Assembly: GCA_963768145.1 (NCBI GenBank)
Contig: CAVYHK010000033.1
Location: forward strand, 291,756 to 355,755
Reading direction: 5' to 3'
Source: an uncultured Bacteroidota bacterium
Lineage (GTDB): Bacteria > Bacteroidota > Ignavibacteria > Kryptoniales > JAKASW01
Length of the DNA stretch: 64,000 bases
The translations under genes and the position numbers were made by a program. A model generated the notes under the pieces. That model was not told the DNA's origin and made no database searches. It saw only the letters and a program-made list of their open reading frames with translations. Numbering within the stretch: the first letter of the stretch is position 1; the number at the start of each line of letters is the position of its first letter. This document shows, piece after piece, positions 1-8,545 of the stretch.

Positions 1-639
1 TAGAAGTCTTTCAACCTGCGAGATCATTTCGGCGTATTCTTCCAATGACACCAACCCTTCACAGGGCCCGCCGCACTTGCCAATGTGATAGTCAAGGCAG
101 ATTTTCCATTTCTTTTTGGCAATGCTCTCGACCGTAAGCGGAAGTCTGCAGCTCCTGATCTGAAAGATGTCACGGACAGATTTCAAAGCGTAGCGCATCG
201 TTTTCACGTCAGTGTATGGCCCATAATATCGCGAACCATCCTGCTTGATTCTTCTCGTGACGTACACTCTCGGAAACGGCTCGTTGGTCACGACAATGTA
301 CGGATAGCTCTTGTCGTCCCGAAGATCGATGTTATAGCGAGGCTTGAGCTTTTTGATCAGCGTGTTTTCGAGAATCAGAGCTTCCATCTCCGTGTCGGTG
401 ACAATTACTTCAAGGTCTGCGATTCTCGAGACCATCGCCTTGGTTTTCGGGTCGTGGTCATGCCCCTTTTGAAAATATGACCTGACGCGGTTTCTTAGAA
501 TCTTCGCCTTGCCGACGTAAATGATTTTCCCTTCGGCGTTTTTGAATTGATAAATCCCAGGGAGCCTTGGCAGGTTGTCCAGCTTCTCTTTCAACTCGAA
601 GCCGATGTCGTAGATTTCTATGTCTTCGTGAGTAGCCAT
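1..639 (-). CDS. uvrC: Excinuclease ABC subunit C (UvrC), N-terminal 213 codons; gene continues past the left edge
   Basis: My own minus-strand translation from the ATG at 639-637 gives MATHEDIEIYDIGFELKEKLDNLPRLPGIYQFKNAEGKIIYVGKAKILRNRVRSYFQKG...ALILENTLIKKLKPRYNI (GIY-YIG module) ...CLDYHIGKCGGPCEG. There is no stop before position 1, so it is absent from the ORF track. The + ORF 85-480 is its antisense shadow. Confidence 0.9.
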   Translation of the reverse strand, partial: MATHEDIEIYDIGFELKEKLDNLPRLPGIYQFKNAEGKIIYVGKAKILRNRVRSYFQKGHDHDPKTKAMVSRIADLEVIVTDTEMEALILENTLIKKLKPRYNIDLRDDKSYPYIVVTNEPFPRVYVTRRIKQDGSRYYGPYTDVKTMRYALKSVRDIFQIRSCRLPLTVESIAKKKWKICLDYHIGKCGGPCEGLVSLEEYAEMISQVERLL

Positions 640-684
640 TAGCTATTAGCGGTCAGCCAATTTGTTTTTTCTTCTGATTTGCGG

Positions 685-712
685 TTTTGACTTTTGATTT
701 TTGACCTTTGGC
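685..712. repeat. Heptamer-periodic low-complexity array TTTTGAC TTTTGAT TTTTGAC CTTTGGC
   Basis: Read directly: four consecutive 7-nt units ending one base before the mce stop codon (713-715). Related arrays lie at 61346-61368 and 61414-61432. Confidence 0.8.
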
Positions 713-1120
713 CTATTTCTGTTTTTCACTCAATTCCACAAGCACGCCTCCTGTCGTTCTCGGATGTATGAACGCAATTAAATGTCCATCCGCTCCCAAA
801 CGCGGCTGTTCGTCTATGATCTGGAAGCCGGCGGCTTTCAAACGGGAAAGCTCCGATTTGATGTTTTCCACTTCGAAACAAATGTGGTGAATTCCTTCCC
901 CACGTTTCTGAATGAACCTCGAAATAGTGGACGATGGATCGGTCGGACCCGCAAGCTCGATCCGCGACTCGCCCACGGGAATCAACCCGACTCGAACTTT
1001 CTGATCGGGAACCTCTTCGATGAGCTCGACCTTGTTTCCGATAAGCGTTTCAAATGCCCTTTTTGCTACCTCGAGATCTTCAACTGCAATTGCGATGTGG
1101 CTGATTTTGAGAAAACTCAT
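713..1120 (-). CDS. mce: Methylmalonyl-CoA epimerase (VOC/glyoxalase fold)
   Basis: 135 aa: ISHIAIAVEDLEVAKRAFETL...KRGEGIHHICFEVENI...LIAFIHPRTTGGVLVEL. Resembles methylmalonyl-CoA epimerases end to end. SD AAGGAGA lies 7 nt upstream of the ATG. Confidence 0.85.
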   Translation of the reverse strand: MSFLKISHIAIAVEDLEVAKRAFETLIGNKVELIEEVPDQKVRVGLIPVGESRIELAGPTDPSSTISRFIQKRGEGIHHICFEVENIKSELSRLKAAGFQIIDEQPRLGADGHLIAFIHPRTTGGVLVELSEKQK

Positions 1121-1141
1121 GGTTATGTCTCCTTATCTGAA

Positions 1142-1194
1142 GGATCCCTTCCCGAAGGCATCCCTTCGGGAGGGGGATCCCGACCTTTGTCGGG
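1142..1194. other. Two abutting GC-rich hairpins (REP-like) in the mce leader / divergent intergenic region
   Basis: GGATCCCTTCCCGAAGG-catc-CCTTCGGGAGGGGGATCC (about 17-bp stem, one mismatch/bulge), then CCCGAC-cttt-GTCGGG. No adjacent T-run in either orientation, so this is not a canonical terminator. Confidence 0.7.
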
Positions 1195-1465
1195 ACGAAA
1201 AAATTTAGTCAACTTAGAGGCTAAAGTCTATGGAATATTGCGGAATAGTCAGGTATTTGAATATTAGAATGGCGGGGATTTTCACTTCAATCTATCGATC
1301 CATGATTTCGACACTCCGGCATTCCATTATTCCGTTTTTCCGACCTTGACTGAGACAAAATCTCTCTGCAACTTTAATTGATCGGATCCCGCACAAGACG
1401 GTCGGGAAGACGAACATCGTCCGATGAGATTTCTTAAACGGCTCAGGACATGCGACACGTTTGAC

Positions 1466-1780
1466 ATGAAGAGATACTCGTTGATTCCAGCTTTGTTCCT
1501 CGCCGCCCTTCTTTGTGTGGGCTGCGGTTCGTCAAAAACGGTCTTCGATGTCCCACAGAGAATGATCGGCGAAATTATGGTGGTAGGGAACGAGCCGTTC
1601 ACCAGGCTTGCCGTACGAGCCGAAACCGGCGAGCTTTATTTGATAAGCTGCAATGAAGAGATCAGGCAATTGCTTTTGTTACATCAAGGTAAAATCGCCG
1701 AGCTTTTTTACAATGAACTTCAAAACAAGCGTTCTGGCGATGAGATGAAAGTTATAAAGGCGAATATTCTTTCAAGGTAA
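1466..1780 (+). CDS. Small hypothetical secreted/lipoprotein-like protein (104 aa)
   Basis: ORF 1424-1780. The internal ATG at 1466 gives MKRYSLIPALFLAALLCVGCGSS, a signal peptide with a lipobox-like VGC. No family recognised. Confidence 0.55.
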   Translation: MKRYSLIPALFLAALLCVGCGSSKTVFDVPQRMIGEIMVVGNEPFTRLAVRAETGELYLISCNEEIRQLLLLHQGKIAELFYNELQNKRSGDEMKVIKANILSR

Positions 1781-1804
1781 CTTCAATAAGACCAGGAGAA
1801 GGCT

Positions 1805-4048
1805 ATGAGGCTGACAGTTCCAGTATCGCTTATGTTGTTGTGTTTCGGACAAATCTTCGGACAATCAATTCAGAAGAACCCGGTTAAGGAAAACAATATT
1901 CCAAAGAGTTACCCGATCGACGGAACGCCGCTTCTGCAGAAACAATATCAGCAGGCTGCGGAGTATGTCGCTTCACATCCCGACATGATCGAACAAATGA
2001 GGCTCCAGAAAGTCACAGCGTGGAATTTTCAAGTCGGAGATTCTCACACTTGGTATGCCTATAGCTATGTTCAAAGCGGTTACTACCAAGATCAATCCAC
2101 ATGCAGGGCAGTCGGAAAACACTGCTACATCTTTGTCGAAGATTCTCTGTGGGGTGTTCGTGTAACACAGAATGCGGTCGATTCCATCGAAAACGATTTT
2201 GACAACAAGACACCTGCAGACCCGAACAAGGGAATTTACGTCATGGATTCTCTGGCATTCGGTACGCCGCCTGACGTCGACAGCGATCCCAAAATCATAA
2301 TTTTGATCTGCAACATCCAAGATGGATACAATGGTACGGGCGGATATGTCGCCGGCTTTTTTGACGCAGGTCAGGAGACCCCGGGTGCCAACAGCAACCA
2401 GGCAGAAATTTATTACCTCGATGCAAACCCAACCGATCTCACAACAGCAGGCGGAATACAGGAAGCGATGTCGACGGCGGCTCATGAATTTCAGCACATG
2501 ATCAATTGGAATTATCATAAAACAAGTGCTGAGCCGACATTCATAAACGAAGGCTGTTCGAAATTGGCGGAAGTATATTGTGGTTATCCGTTGTTTGACC
2601 TGTCCCTCTATGCAAATGAGACAAACATCTACCTGTTTACATGGAGAAACGGCGACAACACGCTAGTCCTTAACGACTATGCCAGAGCGCAGAGATTCAA
2701 CCTGTATATATGGGATCGATTTGGTATCGGCATTTTCAAACACATTGTCCAAAGCCAGCAGACCTCGGGGACCAGCATCTTAAACGACGCTCTCTCCAAC
2801 GAAGGATTGTCGCTTAATTTCACCAGTCTCTTTTCCGACTGGCTGATCGCGAATGAACTTAACGATACCACGACGAACCGCCTTTATGGTTACGCATACC
2901 CAAATCTTCCACTCTCTAATGGAAAGTCTTTTTATAACCCGAATACTTCAGGAAGCGACATCGTACAGAATCTCGGCGCGGAATACCTAATTTTCAAAAG
3001 TGGAAGCAACTTAAGCGCAACTTTTACAAATACGGGTGGAAATTCAAATCTTTCGGTTACGGCGATAGAAATTGGAAGTGGTTCAAAAAACGTTGTCCAG
3101 GTTCCATTCGGTTCATCCTTTTCGGAGTCGGGTTTCGGTAGCACTTACAGCACGATCGCCTTCGTCATAATGAACGAAGATCCGAATAACTCCGCCTCTT
3201 TTAGTTATGACGTTAGCGGAGTTGCCCCGACGACTGTAGCAGAATTGAAATGGGATACTTCCGAGCCATCGGGTTATTATGCCTGGGCAACATCGGATAC
3301 GGTTTGTGTGACTTTTGACGCATATCCGCAAGGCACTCTTGACTCGGTACGTGTAGCTTTGAGAAGAGCCGGTACGATCAATGGCGGTGTGTACCAGTTT
3401 ACCGGGGTGCAGCAACCAACCCCGCTCGGCAAACTTCTAACGCCCATTACGGCAACTATATCCACAACATCGGCAAGTCCATATCCTGTTCCATACAAAA
3501 ACTGGACAACTGTAGATCTGACATCAAAAAGCGTCGCTACAGACAATCCGTTTGCCGTGGCGTTTGTCATAGGAAGTAATTCGAGTATACCCGGCGTTAT
3601 GGTGGCCGACTATCCAGGAACAAATCCATACCATAGTTTTACATACCTGAATTCGTCGGAGGCGTCACCTAGTCCGGCGGGCTGGTACTACATCACATCC
3701 TCCGACACGACGGTGGGAATTTATCTCATCCGCGCTTATGTCAGCTTTGCGACAGGTGTAAAAAAGGTGGTGGAAGTCCCGCCTACAGAGTTCAATCTCT
3801 CGCAGAACTATCCGAATCCGTTCAACCCGGCGACCACGATCAATTACCAGTTACCTTCTAATGGTTTTGTGACATTAAGAGTCTATGACATACTTGGCAG
3901 GGAAGTCGCAACGCTGGTGAATGCAAACCAGAATGCTGGAGTTCATACGGTGGCATTCGACGCAAACAGTTTGCCAAGCGGAGTGTATTTCTACAGAATA
4001 ACCGCCGGCAATTTAAGCGAGGTCAGAAAGCTTGTTCTGGAAAAGTAG
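1805..4048 (+). CDS. Secreted HExxH zinc metallopeptidase-like protein with T9SS C-terminal sorting domain (possibly M30/hyicolysin-like)
   Basis: 747 aa. Signal peptide MRLTVPVSLMLLCFGQIFGQ; zinc motif AAHEFQHMINW. The C-terminus [38 protein letters not shown]...SGVYFYRITAGNLSEVRKLVLEK is a typical T9SS (Por) sorting domain. Confidence 0.75.
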   Translation: MRLTVPVSLMLLCFGQIFGQSIQKNPVKENNIPKSYPIDGTPLLQKQYQQAAEYVASHPDMIEQMRLQKVTAWNFQVGDSHTWYAYSYVQSGYYQDQSTCRAVGKHCYIFVEDSLWGVRVTQNAVDSIENDFDNKTPADPNKGIYVMDSLAFGTPPDVDSDPKIIILICNIQDGYNGTGGYVAGFFDAGQETPGANSNQAEIYYLDANPTDLTTAGGIQEAMSTAAHEFQHMINWNYHKTSAEPTFINEGCSKLAEVYCGYPLFDLSLYANETNIYLFTWRNGDNTLVLNDYARAQRFNLYIWDRFGIGIFKHIVQSQQTSGTSILNDALSNEGLSLNFTSLFSDWLIANELNDTTTNRLYGYAYPNLPLSNGKSFYNPNTSGSDIVQNLGAEYLIFKSGSNLSATFTNTGGNSNLSVTAIEIGSGSKNVVQVPFGSSFSESGFGSTYSTIAFVIMNEDPNNSASFSYDVSGVAPTTVAELKWDTSEPSGYYAWATSDTVCVTFDAYPQGTLDSVRVALRRAGTINGGVYQFTGVQQPTPLGKLLTPITATISTTSASPYPVPYKNWTTVDLTSKSVATDNPFAVAFVIGSNSSIPGVMVADYPGTNPYHSFTYLNSSEASPSPAGWYYITSSDTTVGIYLIRAYVSFATGVKKVVEVPPTEFNLSQNYPNPFNPATTINYQLPSNGFVTLRVYDILGREVATLVNANQNAGVHTVAFDANSLPSGVYFYRITAGNLSEVRKLVLEK

Positions 4049-4149
4049 GATGTCGAACCAGGCGCCTGCATCAGCAAATTGACGACAACTCTGGATTTAT
4101 CAAAACAGATGACAGTTAGATAATGTCAACTGTTGCAACGGAGGTTTGT

Positions 4150-4722
4150 ATGCGAAAAGTTTGGCTCTTTTTTGCAATTGCGATCGCGTCGTTGTTCATA
4201 GGATGTCCCGTCCGCTCTCTTCAACCCCTATTCTCCGAAAAAGATATAACGTACAGTTCTGCTCTTGTTGGCACGTGGGCCAACGGAGAGGACAGGTACA
4301 CTTTCAAAAAGGCGAGCGATAATAGCTATCGGATTCTCTTGAGCGAACAAAAATCTACCGACTCTGTGAAACACACGGAGTCTAACGGCGATACGATGAC
4401 ATTCGTGGGTCAACTCGGAAAGCTCGGCAAGAGTTTGTTTCTTGATACTTATCCGGCCCGTGAGGTGGTCGACTTTCACCTGTTGGCGACTCACATGATT
4501 TTCAGGCTGTGGCTTGATGCCGACACTCTTCGACTCGCGTCGCTCGAAGGCGATTGGGTCAAGAAGATGATAAAGACAAATCGTCTAAAGATCCAATACA
4601 CGATTGCAAACGGAGATTTTATCTTGACCGGATCGACAAATGAGCTTCAGAAAATCGTGCGGCCTTTTGCCAACGACAGCAATGCCTTTCCCAATCCGGA
4701 AACATTCGTGCGGATGAAGTAG
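4150..4722 (+). CDS. Hypothetical lipoprotein (190 aa)
   Basis: ORF 4123-4722. The ATG at 4150 follows GGAGG and gives MRKVWLFFAIAIASLFIGCPV (signal peptide plus lipobox). No family recognised. Confidence 0.6.
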   Translation: MRKVWLFFAIAIASLFIGCPVRSLQPLFSEKDITYSSALVGTWANGEDRYTFKKASDNSYRILLSEQKSTDSVKHTESNGDTMTFVGQLGKLGKSLFLDTYPAREVVDFHLLATHMIFRLWLDADTLRLASLEGDWVKKMIKTNRLKIQYTIANGDFILTGSTNELQKIVRPFANDSNAFPNPETFVRMK

Positions 4723-4980
4723 GATCATCAAATTGAGATTCTGAACAGATCCCTCAGTAAGCGATTCTTCTGAGAACTGATCAATTTAGGTTAGGGCAAG
4801 CATTCTTCGTTTTTTTCTTGACATTCGTTCCATGATGTAGTAAACTCCGTGTGGAAGAAAAGCAGGGGGCAAAGGGCTCTCCAAGTGCAAGAATGCATAT
4901 CCGTATTGTTGAAGTCGTTTAAATAGAAAATGTCGTTCCCGAATGCTTCTATCGGGAACAACATAAAGGGAGCTTGAGAG

Positions 4981-7740
4981 ATGAGAAGTGCTGCAGCGGT
5001 TTTCGCGATTACCTTTCTGACAATAAGTCCGCTTTTTGCGCAGGTCCACATAAGGGAAAGTGTGGGCATAACCCCCAGCCTGAAGGTGACAAATGGTTTC
5101 GATGATGCAACACATCCAATTTGGCTCAGAGTGGGAGGCACTTTGACTGTCAAACTTGTCCAACTGGCAAACATCGGCGGTGATACCAAGAGGATCGGCG
5201 AAGAGACCACTGGCAAGACATTGATAGACAACTTTCATTCCGTCGGTGATAGTATTGTTTTTGAAGGTGTCCGGCAGTGGACAAAGTTTATTCTTTATGC
5301 TGACATCCAAGTCTCTCATGATTCGGTTGCTCACCTGTATCCACCCGAGTGTAGCGTGATTGTAGGTGGCACTAGTTACGTCTATTTCTCGACGGGAGAC
5401 CAACCCTGGACTGACATCTGGTACGACGTAGAATTGTCCCTGACTCTTACGCCCGACTATTCACTCGATGCAATTCCTCCGTCAGATATCTATGACGGCG
5501 CTTATCTGGTAAATCCATTTGAACCAAGGGATCTCACGCTACCGACCGGCGGTGACGCCTTCCTGACGATTGACGCTGCCAATTCTACCAACCAGGGAGA
5601 CAATCTGTATATGGAGCTGCCGAATCAGACCTCTCTTGTTTCCATTGCTCCTGCGAGTGTCGGGGATACAATCCCTCTCGGGCATTTCCAATGTGGTGAT
5701 CCTCTCAGGTTGTACCTGCAATCCGGGAATCCGGTTGTGGGGGGAATGAAGTTGTATCCGGAGATTTCACAAGAAGGGACTGTCCCCATATTCTTGCCCG
5801 ACGGCAGGGAGGCGCAGATACTGGGCACCTTGAATTTTGATGACTGGACGGATTTGATTTATAACAAATTGAGCTGCACAGTTTATGTGGTCTCGGATAC
5901 GTCGAATGTAATGGTACAGATTGATCCGCCGGTGGTATCACCTGGAGATACGGCGACGATCATTGTAAAACAGCATGGGAACTGCCAGGTGACGGACTAT
6001 CCACCGGATCAGCTTTTTAACGTTGGGATTCTGGGCGATAGTACTGGAACCATTTTATCATCAGATGGCACGGATACAGCCAGCTACTTCACCAACATTC
6101 CGGCAGGATTCAAGTTCATAGCTCCCGACAGCATAAATGGAGATTCGGCGGTAGTTTATATAGAAGTGGGAATACCACCAGTGTTAGGTCCGCCCAGTTC
6201 TATAAGTGCGGCCAATAATAAATTCGCAATGCAAGACAAACCGACGATGAACGGCGGTGTCAAAGGACCAAAATCCCATGCGAAGCAGATCTTGGCAGAG
6301 AAGACTAATGTTGCAATACGACGAAGCCTATCGGTTCCATCAGACAACGATTTTGGTTGCTTTGACTATGGGATTACCGTGGGCCTAGTAGAGCCACGTA
6401 CTATTCTTCTTGGTGAGACGAAGTATTATTACGCAACAGAGGATAATGGGACGTTGACAATTCATGAGACGTACGATCCTTCGAGTAATCCGGGCATGGA
6501 GAGTCCCAGTTTGATCATGGAAGATCTCACTATTGCCGATGATGCAGTGAACAACGACAAGATCGGAGCTTATTGGGATTACCTGAAACCGGACGGTACC
6601 GGATTGGACGACGGAATGATTCGTGTGATTGGACGATATTGGAAACAGGATACGACCTACAAAGTGAGATTACATGCTGTGTACTTGGATGATGGCAGTG
6701 AGGGCGCAATTGAGATTACGGTGGAGAAACCAAAGGTCTTGGGAGATCCAAACATCCCTGACGTAGATCGGCATAGTGTTGTGACGGATGTATTCGGTCA
6801 TCCACTTGACTTAGATGAACTGGTTATTGAATACGCCGGTGAAAACGGGATTCCTCCCCAATTGATCAAAGGGCAAATGGAACAAGAATCGAACTTTCGG
6901 AATTCCTGGCGATATGAACCGATGACAGATATTCGATATCAAGAAGACGATGACTTAATGGAAAGATTCTTTCCTGCCGAATCTCCCTTCGTGAAATCGA
7001 CGGATCACCCGACTGGAACTGGGAACTGGCCCTACAGCGTTCAACCGCCACATTCGAATGTGTGTCCTGGGCCGTATAATAACATTGCAGTAACAATCGG
7101 AGGCTACATTGCTGATAATTGGGATAAGTATAAGAGAAAAGGCAAATTGGGAGAGCCAGATTCGATCCTAAGCAGCACGGATTTAACTCAAAGATTCAAG
7201 GAGCTTTATAAGCCGCCCACGAAGCTCAACAAGAAAACACCTAAAGCGGCAAAACAGGAAGCATACGAAGACCTTGGCAATGAATTAAGAGAAGCCAAAT
7301 CAGAAGTAGGACAAAGGTATAACCGTATAGCACAGACTCGGATTGTCACATCTTATGGATTCGCGCAGTTAATGTACTCAACGACGATTGACATAGATGG
7401 GATGTATTGTATAGAAACTGATGGAAGATATGCTCCAACGCGTACTCCTTATATGTTGAAGCTTGAAACGACTCAATATCCTGAGAAGCTCAATGAACAG
7501 AACTGGTTTATGCCGATCTACAGCGATAAGCTTTTGAGAGATCTCTACCAGGTGTTCTACCCTGTGAAGCGAGTGTTCGACCCTGATGGTCCTCGAATAG
7601 CTCCGTCGCAGTGGCGCAGTGGGAGCGGTACAATTAAGGGATATGAAAATAGTTGGAAAAGATCTTTGCATTTTTATAATGCGGGCGGTGGATATGCTGA
7701 TAGCGTTATGGCTAAATCCCAAAAGTATTTGCCACACTAA
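4981..7740 (+). CDS. Large secreted protein (919 aa) with C-terminal lysozyme-like / lytic transglycosylase (SLT)-type region
   Basis: Signal peptide MRSAAAVFAITFLTISPLFAQ. The C-terminal third has GIPPQLIKGQMEQESNFRNSW (SLT-type catalytic E-S), then far downstream SYGFAQLMY and HFYNAGGGY, which resemble the GLMQ and YNxG motifs. The N-terminal 600 aa are unassigned. Confidence 0.6.
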   Translation: MRSAAAVFAITFLTISPLFAQVHIRESVGITPSLKVTNGFDDATHPIWLRVGGTLTVKLVQLANIGGDTKRIGEETTGKTLIDNFHSVGDSIVFEGVRQWTKFILYADIQVSHDSVAHLYPPECSVIVGGTSYVYFSTGDQPWTDIWYDVELSLTLTPDYSLDAIPPSDIYDGAYLVNPFEPRDLTLPTGGDAFLTIDAANSTNQGDNLYMELPNQTSLVSIAPASVGDTIPLGHFQCGDPLRLYLQSGNPVVGGMKLYPEISQEGTVPIFLPDGREAQILGTLNFDDWTDLIYNKLSCTVYVVSDTSNVMVQIDPPVVSPGDTATIIVKQHGNCQVTDYPPDQLFNVGILGDSTGTILSSDGTDTASYFTNIPAGFKFIAPDSINGDSAVVYIEVGIPPVLGPPSSISAANNKFAMQDKPTMNGGVKGPKSHAKQILAEKTNVAIRRSLSVPSDNDFGCFDYGITVGLVEPRTILLGETKYYYATEDNGTLTIHETYDPSSNPGMESPSLIMEDLTIADDAVNNDKIGAYWDYLKPDGTGLDDGMIRVIGRYWKQDTTYKVRLHAVYLDDGSEGAIEITVEKPKVLGDPNIPDVDRHSVVTDVFGHPLDLDELVIEYAGENGIPPQLIKGQMEQESNFRNSWRYEPMTDIRYQEDDDLMERFFPAESPFVKSTDHPTGTGNWPYSVQPPHSNVCPGPYNNIAVTIGGYIADNWDKYKRKGKLGEPDSILSSTDLTQRFKELYKPPTKLNKKTPKAAKQEAYEDLGNELREAKSEVGQRYNRIAQTRIVTSYGFAQLMYSTTIDIDGMYCIETDGRYAPTRTPYMLKLETTQYPEKLNEQNWFMPIYSDKLLRDLYQVFYPVKRVFDPDGPRIAPSQWRSGSGTIKGYENSWKRSLHFYNAGGGYADSVMAKSQKYLPH

Positions 7741-7756
7741 TTGAAGGTGCTTTGAA

Positions 7757-8500
7757 ATGAACAAATCTGTAGGAAGGTACTTCTTTTTATCTTGTTGGGG
7801 TCTCTATATGCATCTATTTCGAATGCTCAGGGATACTTGGACCGCGAAGGCATTGTTCGATCTCAAATAATGCCTCCTATTCAAGCGCGCTATGGAAAGG
7901 ACTTTAAGTATGTCGGGTATTCAATGTTAGATTCCTTGATCCATTATTCAAAAATTGAAAAGGATTTCCGAATACAAGTATCCATATGGTACGTTAACTG
8001 GATGTATCTTGTTTTCCACATTTAAAGGTCACAGAGAAACCGGGCCCGACACTTTTATTGTAGGCATGATAAAAGAGGGTAAAATCATCTGGGATAATGC
8101 ACCTGGAACGCCTGCAAATTTAGGCGGTGATCTCTTGTACGCACAGGACATCAATAACGGTGGAAAGGTCGACCTGATCTTTGCAGAACCGGATATGAAA
8201 ATTTTGAGAATGGGAAAGCCTCCATTTTTGTTTTACCTGTACATATTGAGTTGGGACGGTAAGGAGGGGAAATTTATTAACGCGTTCCGCCGCGACGGTA
8301 AATCTGTGCTATTGAGCGATGGCGGCTGTGCCCTGGTGGCTGGGAATCAGAAAGGTATTCAGGATATAACCGCAAACGTTCCCGATGTTTACACGGTACC
8401 TAAAAGCTACAAGACAAAAACTTATCCATCGGTCACGTACAAATGGAATGGAAGTGAATATGGGTTCTGGCCGGATGAGAAGGAAAAAGGCAAAAAATAA
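7757..8500 (+). pseudogene. Frameshifted paralog of the N-terminal domain of the downstream 858-aa protein
   Basis: ORFs 7792-8025 and 7955-8500 together align with residues ~20-250 of ORF 8546-11122 (NAQGYLDREGIVRSQ.. vs SAQDWADPQGVVRDQ..; YPYGTLTGCILFSTFKG vs DPYGTLKGCILFSTYKD; DTFIVGMIKEGKIIWDNAPGT vs DTFIVGMMKNGQIIWVNAPGT). The frame changes at 7978-7981. The SD-preceded ATG at 7757 is in a third frame relative to the signal-peptide-like RKVLLFILLGSLYASISNAQ. Confidence 0.7.
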
Positions 8501-8545
8501 CATTGGCATAACCATAGAACTTGTCAATTTAGTCGGTGAAGAAAA

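Noticed and set aside
85-480. 131-aa + strand ORF at the left edge
   Set aside because: It lies antisense to a clear UvrC reading frame (GIY-YIG motif) that is open to position 1. It has no recognisable family.
782-1267. 161-aa + strand ORF overlapping mce
   Set aside because: It is the antisense shadow of a well-supported methylmalonyl-CoA epimerase gene.
4786-5403. 205-aa minus-strand ORF overlapping the start of the 919-aa gene
   Set aside because: It overlaps a signal-peptide-bearing + strand gene and has no family resemblance or SD.
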